A stretch of 64,000 nucleotides of DNA, taken from Candidatus Izemoplasmatales bacterium (lineage in GTDB: Bacteria > Bacillota_I > Bacilli_A > Izemoplasmatales > Hujiaoplasmataceae). This document shows, piece by piece, positions 9,684 through 18,535 of this stretch. The stretch lies in NCBI GenBank assembly GCA_050949045.1, contig JBMNEZ010000001.1:96001-160000 (forward strand), read 5' to 3'. The notes below the pieces were generated by a model, which ran no database searches, was not told where the DNA came from, and saw nothing but the letters and a program-made list of their open reading frames with translations. Position numbers and translations under genes: made by a program. The first letter of the stretch is position 1. Each line of letters opens with the position of its first letter.

Positions 9684-10055
9684 TAAATTCTTGTAATACC
9701 GCATAATCGTCAATTTTGTTTTTTGGTACGCCTATATAACATACCATGATTTTTTATATATGGTAGGCATACACTTAAAACAAACATTAACATTATTGGA
9801 AAACCTAATTATTGTTGAAAAAAAGTTTATATTAGCATATAATAAAATCGATAATGGTACAGTTTGTATAATTTGAAGATGCTTTTTAGAAAACGCTGAA
9901 AATAAAAAAACTAATTATACTTGTGCTCACTTTTATTTATTTCATTTGTCCACTTTGGAGTTATAATATCCAACTGTACTAATTTCAATGGTTTATTAGC
10001 TCTTTTTAGATATAGTTTGTCTATGATGTTTTTAATATTTTAATATAGGAGAAAT

Positions 10056-11441
10056 ATGGAAACGATTAAAAAGATCATTATTTTTTTCTTTACTATAATT
10101 TTTGATTTTGAATATGTTGTACAAATGCTGTGCATTTCATTTGCGACGGTTATTCTGCTTGGAAGAAGAATAACAAAAAACAAAAAGCAAATTTTAGTTA
10201 TTGTTATCGAAGTAATCGTGCTTACATGTCTTTTTGTCTTCCTTAATCTGTTTTACACCATACTTGCTTCATTTTGGAAATTTATACAACTTGGTTACAT
10301 TCACACTTTCTTTTCGGGGGTAATAATATATGCTCTATTTCGTAGCAAGCTTGTTATCAAAGCAAGAATATTGATGAGTTGTGTTGTTATTTCGCTAGCG
10401 GTATTATTGGGTGTCCTCGGGACAAGTTTAGGCCATTATATTGCTCGTTTTATACCAAGTTTTAATGTTGGTATAGCTAAAATAGTGTCCTATCTTGTTA
10501 TCGCGCTTTGTGCAGTAATTTTTAACAAGTACTCAATAACGGCTTATGAAATAACATGGCCCCACTTGGCGCTTAATATGATAATTATAACCATTACTAT
10601 TAGTTTGATGATCGGATATCAGGCGCTGAATATTGACAGAGACTTTCATTTGGCGGCTATACGATTTTTTGAAAAATACTTTGTGTTTTTGCTTATTGGC
10701 TTACTGATAATCAATGTTGCTGCGTATTTTATTACATATTATCTTTGTGTTGAAAAAGCAAAGGATATTTCCCTACAAACCATCAAAATGAAGGAACAGT
10801 CTGTTCAACAACAGTTGATGGTGTCAGAAAAAAGATTGAATGAATTATGCCATATTAAACACGATTTAAAAAATCAATATGCTTATATGAGTGTTTTATT
10901 AAAAGGCAAGAAATTTGATGAATTAGAGGCCTTTTTTGATGAAGTAACAGGCAGTTTCTCAAAGAAACTGTTTGCAAGTGTCGATAGTGGCAATACCGTT
11001 ATTGATTCTATTTTAAATTTAGAAATTTCAAAAGCGACTACAGTAGGTGTAAATATTGATGCGAGAATCAGCATTCCGCCCGAATTGCCCTTTTCTAAAA
11101 AGTCGCTGTTGAGTTTGATTGCCAATGCTATGGATAATGCCATTGAAGAAGTAAGCAAATGCAGGAAAGAAGGCTCAGTTATTAAGATTATACTTACTGT
11201 AAAAGGGGACTATCTATTATTCAATGTAGAGAACGAAACAGACCGTGAAGATGAGGAATTTATTTTGCCGATTAAAACAACAAGCAAAGCGAAAGACTAT
11301 ATGCGCGGAAACGGTACCACCATAATAAACAACATCATTAAAAAATATGATGGATTTTACAAGTGTTATGTTTTGAACAAAAAATTCATTTTCGAGAGCT
11401 GTCTCAATATGCAATATAAATCAGGTGGGGGAAACAAATGA
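10056..11441 (+). CDS. AgrC/VirS-like membrane sensor histidine kinase (GHKL)
   Basis: Multi-TM N-terminus, KHDLKNQ H-box, SGNTVIDSIL, NAMDNAIE, TTSK..GNGT; AT-rich. Confidence 0.88.
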   Translation: METIKKIIIFFFTIIFDFEYVVQMLCISFATVILLGRRITKNKKQILVIVIEVIVLTCLFVFLNLFYTILASFWKFIQLGYIHTFFSGVIIYALFRSKLVIKARILMSCVVISLAVLLGVLGTSLGHYIARFIPSFNVGIAKIVSYLVIALCAVIFNKYSITAYEITWPHLALNMIIITITISLMIGYQALNIDRDFHLAAIRFFEKYFVFLLIGLLIINVAAYFITYYLCVEKAKDISLQTIKMKEQSVQQQLMVSEKRLNELCHIKHDLKNQYAYMSVLLKGKKFDELEAFFDEVTGSFSKKLFASVDSGNTVIDSILNLEISKATTVGVNIDARISIPPELPFSKKSLLSLIANAMDNAIEEVSKCRKEGSVIKIILTVKGDYLLFNVENETDREDEEFILPIKTTSKAKDYMRGNGTTIINNIIKKYDGFYKCYVLNKKFIFESCLNMQYKSGGGNK

Positions 11442-12181
11442 AAAACCTAAACATAGCTGTTGTGGATGACGAGAAGAGCGCGTTGAACATTATTGGAGCA
11501 GCAATTAAATCAGTGTTTGAAAAAAACAATATAAATGCCAATATAGACTGTTATTTTCATCAAAAGGCTTTAAAGGAGTTACCTAAATATAACGAGTATG
11601 ACTTGTTTTTTTTGGATATTCACATGCCTGAAAAAAACGGCATTCTGTTTGGGAGAGAACTTGTTTCTTGTAAAAAAGATTGTGAAATAATTTTTGTCTC
11701 AAACGATTCGAGCAAGGTATTTGAAGCATTGGAAATCAATCCTTTTGGATATATACGAAAAGAAAATTTTTTGGATGATACCGCATCGACGATTGAGCGT
11801 TACATTAAGAAAAAAACCGCTGGATTAAGCGGGGCGTCATACATTGAGATAAAGAGCAGAAATGCAATAGAAAAAGTTAATGTTAATCTTATAGAGTATA
11901 TTGAGTGCTTCAGAAATGATCAGCATTTACATATGGTTGATGGGAGTTGTATTGTTGTACGTTCAAGAATGACAATTATTGAACAAAAATTAAGCCCATA
12001 TAATTTTTTGCGAATTCACAAAGGTTATATTGTTAATCTTGATTGTATAAGACGTTTTGAAACAAATGCAATTATTCTTAATTCGCAAAAGAAGTTACCT
12101 CTGGCGCGTGACAGAAAAAAAATAGTTAAAGAGAAATTTCTTGAATATGTTAATTCAAAAGGAGTATCAATAATCGGTTAA
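11438..12181 (+). CDS. LytTR-family response regulator
   Basis: IAVVDDE, FLDIHMPEKNG, FLRIHKGYIVN. Confidence 0.92.
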   Translation: MKNLNIAVVDDEKSALNIIGAAIKSVFEKNNINANIDCYFHQKALKELPKYNEYDLFFLDIHMPEKNGILFGRELVSCKKDCEIIFVSNDSSKVFEALEINPFGYIRKENFLDDTASTIERYIKKKTAGLSGASYIEIKSRNAIEKVNVNLIEYIECFRNDQHLHMVDGSCIVVRSRMTIIEQKLSPYNFLRIHKGYIVNLDCIRRFETNAIILNSQKKLPLARDRKKIVKEKFLEYVNSKGVSIIG

Positions 12182-12423
12182 AGAAACAACCGTATTTATA
12201 ATAGCTACACGCTGCTTATTAAACAATAAGTATTTTGGAATGCTTTTTGCATAGCGGAATGCTTTTTTTATACTTGGTAATTTTGTGATTTTACTGTTTT
12301 GTCTTAGATTTCAAGGTGATGGTAGCGTATTGATAAAGCATCGGCGCAAATCAAGATATTACGTTTATTAGCATATACATTATTATATTTTATAATTATT
12401 TACGTAATCCATCTTTACACTAT

Positions 12424-12532
12424 GCGATTTATCACTAAAACACTCCTTTTCGTCAATACAAACTACCGTTTGTCAACTCAATAACCTGTATGTCGTTTGG
12501 ATATTGTCTCATACTTAATTACATTCTATAAT
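12424..12532 (+). promoter_or_regulatory. Promoter of module 1 with putative LytTR direct repeats
   Basis: TTGTCT(12504)-17bp-TATAAT(12527) preceded by four imperfect repeats at 20-21 bp spacing. Confidence 0.55.
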
Positions 12533-12655
12533 TATTTTAAAGAAATAATTATGCAGTGGCATTTTATATAGTGGTATTTTATGAAATAGATATCATAATC
12601 GTTTTTTTGTGCGATTAGATATATATATTATTAATTTAAGGAGGAGCAAAAAAAA

Positions 12656-15600
12656 ATGCGAAGAACAAAACGTGGATTACTTAGACATGCAGGCACAAGG
12701 ATTTTTTCTTTATTTCTGTGTTTTTCTCTTTTGCTTCTAGGAGCGGGGAGCGTATATGCGACAGTATACAATCACCATTTCTATGGCGAAGACTGGACAT
12801 GGAGTCCTTCTGCTAAAAGTGCTGAAGAAGCCAAGGCCAATGCAATTAAGGTTGCAGAGCAAATCGCTGCTGAAGGCCAGGTACTTTTAAAGAATGAGAA
12901 TAGTACCTTGCCTCTTAGTGGAGATGAATGGCTGACTGTTTTTTCTACTACCAGCACAAAAGATTTAGCTTCTTACATTTCCGGTATAGAGGCTGGAGGC
13001 TTTAAGGTACACAGTACGACCTCAACCGATGTAAGCAAGTACACTCCAAGCGATATGCGCGCACATAGTTCCAGCGATGTAGCTGTAATTATTATGAGTG
13101 GAGAAGCTGAATCAAAAGGCGATTTCTTTAGTCCTGGTCCTTTTGGTGGCGGTGGTGGAGAAGGCGGATCTACAGCTAGCCTTGTCGAACCGGAAGACAA
13201 TAAGGATGCTTATGGCAATACTTACAAGCTTCCTAGCGGAAAAGATTTCGTACACAGGTTTTCTCCGATGAAAAAGGTAGGAGAAGAGACAGTAGCATAC
13301 AAACACAGTTTACAACTTCAAAACAAAGATGAAGAAATTATTAAGTATGCTAAAGACAATTTTAAAACAGTCATTGTTTTGCTTCAAAACGATATACCTA
13401 CCGAAATCGGCTCGCTTAAAATTGATCCTGGCATTGATGCCATTCTACTCGCGGGGCGTTTAGGAAATTACGGACATGAGCAAATAGGCTATGTTTTAAA
13501 CGGCTCAGTTAACCCCTCTGGGAGAACGGTAGACCTTTGGGCATGGGATCATTCAGGGCGTCCTTCTTGGTTCAACGACGGGAATACTAACAATATTTTC
13601 AGAAATGCAACTCAAGAAAGCGAATCAGATGTTTCGAATATGGGAATCACATCAGCGTTCCGTGTTGGTGAAGGATCTATATATTATGAGAGATCAGAGG
13701 CGTATTCTAAAGCCGATGATGAAACATATCCATATTATAAGAGAAGACCGCACGCTACAGGTGAAATTACTCCTCACGTATTTACTGTGCAGTATGAAGA
13801 GGATATTTACACTGGATACCGTTACTATGAAACCGCCGCAACAGAGGTAGCTTTGGGCAATTATGCCGCAGCTGGTTACGGCATCGACGGCGAAGCTTTT
13901 TATTACGATTCGGTTATCTATCCTTTCGGTTACGGGCTCAGTTATACCTCATTTGAATGGGAAGTAGTGAGTTCAGACCTTAGCGAATGGGCCAGAGTTT
14001 TGGCTTCTGAAAGCTCAAGCATCAATTTCCAAACCGGCGAAATAACCGTTAAGGTAAAAGTTACCAACGTTGGTTTGGTACCGGGCAAGGACGTAGTGGA
14101 AATTTACGGACACGCACCATATTACAAGAATGGTGTTTCTAAAGCGGAACACGTACTTGTAGGCTTTGAAAAAACTGGAATAATCCAGCCTGGTAAATCG
14201 CAGGTAGTTACTGTTTCTGTAAACGTTCAAGATCTTGCTTCGTATGATTACCTTGATGCTAACGGAAACGGCAACACAGGCTATGAGCTTGATAAAGTCG
14301 CAGATGCCGACTCAAAAGGCAACCCCTTACATGATAGCACTGGTAAATACCAGCTCCGTCTCATGAAAAACAGCCATGAATATGGCAATGACGATGCGGC
14401 TGAAATGACGATTGATCTTGCTAGCCCTTCGAGAGATTATTTCCTTAAACTCGATGACTTCACAGGAAACAGCGTCGACAATTTGTTCTCCGGAAAAGAC
14501 ATAAACAACACACTCGGATATGATCCAGGGACAGGTAAAACGCTGGTTGAAGAAGGCAAAATGACGATCCTAACCCGTGCAGATTTTGCAGGAACTTGGC
14601 CTCAGGCTGCGGGAACCACCACAGGTCCTAGCGGCGAAGAAAAAGGCTGGGATCTCGTAAGAAGCGACGAATATTACACTATGATTTCTGAGTTCGCTGA
14701 TTACAACGGAGAAAATTGGCAAGAGTTTTATAAGATAGTAAATAACGTAGAAACAATTCCTGCTGAAATAACAAATGAAGATAAAGCCGGTTTTGCTTGG
14801 TCTATTGACGCAGCAGAATTTGCAACGCTTACAACGGCTAAATACACACCTGAAGGCGGCACAGAACAAACAATTAATTGGGTACAAAGAGACCCAGCTG
14901 CCAATCTTTCTGAACTTCAAGAAAGCGATGATTGGCTGTGGTTTGCTGACATGATCAAGTATGAGTACAATGACGGTGGTATTGGCACATACATGTGGAC
15001 CAAGTTTATGAACCAGCTGACCTACAACGAGATGGTAGAATGGGTTACTAACGGTGGCAGAAGGACATCGGCCATTGATTCAGTAGGTAAGAGAGCGGCG
15101 GAATATGTGGACTCCAGTATAAGAATGGGAGGCACAAACCAAATTAGTTATGGTTATAATTCTGTTTCTAGCCGCACTTGGAATAAGGAACTTGCAAAGA
15201 AGAGAGGCATATGCATCGGCGAAACTGCTCTCTTTGATGGAAAAGAGGCATGGTATGCACCGGCATGCGACTTACACCGTAGCCCGTTTGCAGGTCGTAA
15301 CGACGAGTATTGGTCAGAAGACGGTTTCTTCTCAGGCTGGATGGCAGGCAGCGTGCTTGCGGGCACTCAGTCCACAGGAGTAATTTGTACCATCAAGCAC
15401 TTTGCTCTCAATGAAAGCGAGAACATGAGACAAAGCTTACATACATACCTTTCTGAACAAACTTTCCGTGAGCTGTATCTACCCGCATTCAAAATTTGTA
15501 TGCAAGAATGCGGTGCACAAGGTGTAATGACTGCATATAACTGTATTGGTGATATGCACGCATCTTCAGCTTACAATTTCCTTGTTGGTATGACCGAAAA

Positions 15601-16867
15601 AGAATGGGGCTTCGACGGCTTCAATATTTGTGACGCTGCCGATCCTTGGAAAGACTTCTACACTCATGACATGAGTCTCCGCTCAGGCGGGACGATGTTC
15701 CTATGCGATTGGAGAGCATCCAAAGAATATACTCCCGGTGATAAAGGGAACCTTGTTCAACTTTATCCTACTGGTGTATATAACGTAACTGATAACAAAG
15801 TCTATGTTAGAGAAAACGGTCAAGTAAAAGATTCTCCTGTAACGGTAGAATCATACACCAGCTGGTATTGGCTGCGATATCAAGTAATGCGTTCACTGTT
15901 TGTGGAAGCAAACAGCAATATCGCCAATAACGGCCTTAAACTTGACAACTTCAAGGATGCTACCTTGGCTGATGGAGCACAAGCGGTGGCCTATACAGCT
16001 AATATTGGGCTTGAAGGCGCAGATGCTTCTATTAGTACTTACACAGTAACTAGCGGCGCATTACCCAAAGGCTTATCAATTTCTAACGCCGGTGCGGTTA
16101 CAGGCACTCCCACCGAAGCAGGCGAGTTCACATTTAAGGTTAAATTCGTAAACGGATACTGGATTACAAAAGAAGCTACTTTCAATTTAACTGTGACCCC
16201 TTGCTTTACGATTGGTAGCGAAACTGAATTGAACGCTTTAGAAGTTGGCGCTGCTTTTGAAGGCTATATTGAATCAGAAGTAATTAAGATTGATGATACC
16301 TATACTTCCATAACATATGAACTTGCTCAAGGAAGCGCACTGCCCGAAGGGCTTACACTTTCAAAAACCGACGGCTTGATTTCGGGTACGCCTACGGTTC
16401 CGGGAACTTATAGTGTTACGTTTAATATAACACCTAAAAAAGCATCATCCGGCGGTGGTGGCGGCGGCTTCCCATGGGGTCCACGTCCAGGCAGCAGTTC
16501 AACTGTTTACAATTACACGGTCACTTTCGTTGTAACCGGAGATCCAATTGTTGAACCTAGCGGTCCCTTCTTCAGAATTGTTGATGGATTTGTTGAATAT
16601 TCTGAAGATAACGAAACTTGGGTACAAGTAATTGAGGTATCCGAACTGCAAGGCGACAAGGGCGACAAGGGCGACAAGGGCGATAAAGGTGACAAGGGCG
16701 ACAAGGGCGATGCTGGCGCAGCTGGTCCTGCCGGTCCTGCCGGTCCTGCTGGAAAAGATGCAGAACCGGTAAGCGGATGCGGAAGCTCGCTAACCGGAAC
16801 CGGAATCCTCGTTACCGGATTGCTGTCTCTCGGAGTACTATTCTTAAAACGCAGGAAGTCTGATTAA
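12656..16867 (+). CDS. Large surface GH3 glycosidase (permuted domains) with two putative Ig domains, collagen-like linker and Gly-Cys/TM/basic tail
   Basis: Signal peptide; [75 protein letters not shown]; LPxGL..GTPT Ig motifs; GDK/GPA repeats; [15 protein letters not shown]. Confidence 0.9.
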   Translation: MRRTKRGLLRHAGTRIFSLFLCFSLLLLGAGSVYATVYNHHFYGEDWTWSPSAKSAEEAKANAIKVAEQIAAEGQVLLKNENSTLPLSGDEWLTVFSTTSTKDLASYISGIEAGGFKVHSTTSTDVSKYTPSDMRAHSSSDVAVIIMSGEAESKGDFFSPGPFGGGGGEGGSTASLVEPEDNKDAYGNTYKLPSGKDFVHRFSPMKKVGEETVAYKHSLQLQNKDEEIIKYAKDNFKTVIVLLQNDIPTEIGSLKIDPGIDAILLAGRLGNYGHEQIGYVLNGSVNPSGRTVDLWAWDHSGRPSWFNDGNTNNIFRNATQESESDVSNMGITSAFRVGEGSIYYERSEAYSKADDETYPYYKRRPHATGEITPHVFTVQYEEDIYTGYRYYETAATEVALGNYAAAGYGIDGEAFYYDSVIYPFGYGLSYTSFEWEVVSSDLSEWARVLASESSSINFQTGEITVKVKVTNVGLVPGKDVVEIYGHAPYYKNGVSKAEHVLVGFEKTGIIQPGKSQVVTVSVNVQDLASYDYLDANGNGNTGYELDKVADADSKGNPLHDSTGKYQLRLMKNSHEYGNDDAAEMTIDLASPSRDYFLKLDDFTGNSVDNLFSGKDINNTLGYDPGTGKTLVEEGKMTILTRADFAGTWPQAAGTTTGPSGEEKGWDLVRSDEYYTMISEFADYNGENWQEFYKIVNNVETIPAEITNEDKAGFAWSIDAAEFATLTTAKYTPEGGTEQTINWVQRDPAANLSELQESDDWLWFADMIKYEYNDGGIGTYMWTKFMNQLTYNEMVEWVTNGGRRTSAIDSVGKRAAEYVDSSIRMGGTNQISYGYNSVSSRTWNKELAKKRGICIGETALFDGKEAWYAPACDLHRSPFAGRNDEYWSEDGFFSGWMAGSVLAGTQSTGVICTIKHFALNESENMRQSLHTYLSEQTFRELYLPAFKICMQECGAQGVMTAYNCIGDMHASSAYNFLVGMTEKEWGFDGFNICDAADPWKDFYTHDMSLRSGGTMFLCDWRASKEYTPGDKGNLVQLYPTGVYNVTDNKVYVRENGQVKDSPVTVESYTSWYWLRYQVMRSLFVEANSNIANNGLKLDNFKDATLADGAQAVAYTANIGLEGADASISTYTVTSGALPKGLSISNAGAVTGTPTEAGEFTFKVKFVNGYWITKEATFNLTVTPCFTIGSETELNALEVGAAFEGYIESEVIKIDDTYTSITYELAQGSALPEGLTLSKTDGLISGTPTVPGTYSVTFNITPKKASSGGGGGGFPWGPRPGSSSTVYNYTVTFVVTGDPIVEPSGPFFRIVDGFVEYSEDNETWVQVIEVSELQGDKGDKGDKGDKGDKGDKGDAGAAGPAGPAGPAGKDAEPVSGCGSSLTGTGILVTGLLSLGVLFLKRRKSD

Positions 16868-17007
16868 CAAAAGAAACAAGCAATAAAGATTTTAAGACAA
16901 TAGAAAGAATCAATTAAGCAGGCGGATATGTTGGGATTATTCTTTAATGCGCGGTAAAATATCGTTGTGATAAAGAATATCCCAACATTATCCGTTATTG
17001 TCAAATA
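16682..17007 (+). repeat. ~326-bp inverted repeat copy A (GH3 tail + downstream stem-loop)
   Basis: Reverse complement of 34530-34856; two substitutions and one 1-bp indel seen by eye. Confidence 0.93.
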
Positions 17008-17094
17008 TTTGGAGTAAGTGTAAATATTGTTTGAAAAAGCATTATTATGTTTGTATGCGACTATGTAAACGACAAAATAAATGTGAGGAAATCT

Positions 17095-18525
17095 ATGAAA
17101 CAAAAAAAGATGGCAACAACGCTCTTATCGTTTTTTCTGCTTTTTGTATTAGCATTGACCGTAGCTTGCACGAATTCTACGACGACGCAGCTTAGCATTA
17201 CCTTTGATTTGAACTATGAAAATGCTACTAGTCTGACGCAAAAAGTTTCTTACGGCGAATATCCCACAAAACCTGCTGATCCTCAAAGAGCAAAGTACGC
17301 CTTTTTAGGCTGGTACAGTGATAAAGATTTCCAACAGGAAGCAGATTTTGGCCAAGCCATTTCTACCAATGTAACATTTTATGCAAAATGGGAACTAAGA
17401 CAAGTAACAGTTATTTTTGATTATAACTATCCCGGCTCGGCTTCATCTAACCTTGATATAGACATTGGCGGTAATGCATCACGTCCGAAATCGCCCACGA
17501 GAGAAAACTACTTGTTTATCGGCTGGTTTACCGATGCCGAAGGAAATGATGAATTCGATTTTGATATTACCCTAATGGAAGACATTACTGTTTATGCAAA
17601 GTGGGAAGAGGTAAATAATTCTGTTCACGAGCATGTCGATGCGGATAATGACAATATATGCGATGAATGCGGGGAACCGATTTCTGCTCATGAGCATATT
17701 GATGCGAATAATGACAATATATGTGATGAATGCGGTAAAAAAATTGACGATAACATTATAACGTTAACATATTTTTGGAATTATGAAGGTGCTCCTGATA
17801 ATGGAGTGTATGACACAATTTATATGACCAAGAATAGAAAACCAAGCAAAATTAAAGCCAATCGGGATGGTTATTTTTTCTACGATTGGTTTACCGACCA
17901 AGAACTTACAAACAGGTTTGACATAAATGAAAGAGTAAATGAGGATATGACTTTGTATGCGTGCTGGTATTCAATTTACACCTTTGAAGCAGAGTATACA
18001 TATCTTGAAGAAATGGAAGGTCTAGGATATTCGGGTGATGCGTCTGGACTTAATGTGATAGAGCCTGATCATTACTCAATGAATGCCAGCAACGGCTATT
18101 ATGTTGGCTGGCTGTTTAATCCCGGACTTACAATAGAGTTCAACTTGACTTGCTCCGAGAGTACGGATACTGCTCATCTGGCGCTGAGGCTCAGCGCAGA
18201 GTTTCAGGATCTGATACTTAATTGGAAAGAGTTTACCGTTCAGGTGAATGGCACTAATTTGGTGTATGACGATATTTATTTTCTCAATGTTCCTGATGGT
18301 TCGGCAGATACAAAACGTCCATTTACTACGCACATCGTATCTAATAGAGTAACCCTTAACGAAGGTGAAAATGTTATTAAACTGATAGTAAGCAACGAAA
18401 ACAAGGGCGAGGGCGGCACAATGAGGGCTTCTGCGCCTATGGTAGACTGCATAATAATTTATTCTGACGCTCTAGTTGAATGGGGCGAAGGTTATCCCTT
18501 GACCGATAATCTCGATGGCAGATAA
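17095..18525 (+). CDS. Lipoprotein with InlB B-repeat-like domains, Cys/His/Asp repeats and C-terminal CBM6/35-like domain
   Basis: Lipobox LTVAC; three F.GWY/F...T.YA.W repeats; HEHxDAxNDNICDECG x2; YTFEAEY..SNGYYV..GENVIKL..GGT..APMVDCI. Confidence 0.75.
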   Translation: MKQKKMATTLLSFFLLFVLALTVACTNSTTTQLSITFDLNYENATSLTQKVSYGEYPTKPADPQRAKYAFLGWYSDKDFQQEADFGQAISTNVTFYAKWELRQVTVIFDYNYPGSASSNLDIDIGGNASRPKSPTRENYLFIGWFTDAEGNDEFDFDITLMEDITVYAKWEEVNNSVHEHVDADNDNICDECGEPISAHEHIDANNDNICDECGKKIDDNIITLTYFWNYEGAPDNGVYDTIYMTKNRKPSKIKANRDGYFFYDWFTDQELTNRFDINERVNEDMTLYACWYSIYTFEAEYTYLEEMEGLGYSGDASGLNVIEPDHYSMNASNGYYVGWLFNPGLTIEFNLTCSESTDTAHLALRLSAEFQDLILNWKEFTVQVNGTNLVYDDIYFLNVPDGSADTKRPFTTHIVSNRVTLNEGENVIKLIVSNENKGEGGTMRASAPMVDCIIIYSDALVEWGEGYPLTDNLDGR

Positions 18526-18535
18526 TTGAGGAGAA

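Noticed and set aside
16763..16867. LPxTG sortase anchor on the giant GH3s
   Set aside because: No LPxTG-like pentapeptide precedes the TM and no sortase is in the window; the shared element is Gly-Cys.
16998..17195. Cys-rich 65-aa ORF as a peptide or bacteriocin
   Set aside because: It has a TTG start with no clear RBS and overlaps the lipoprotein start in another frame.
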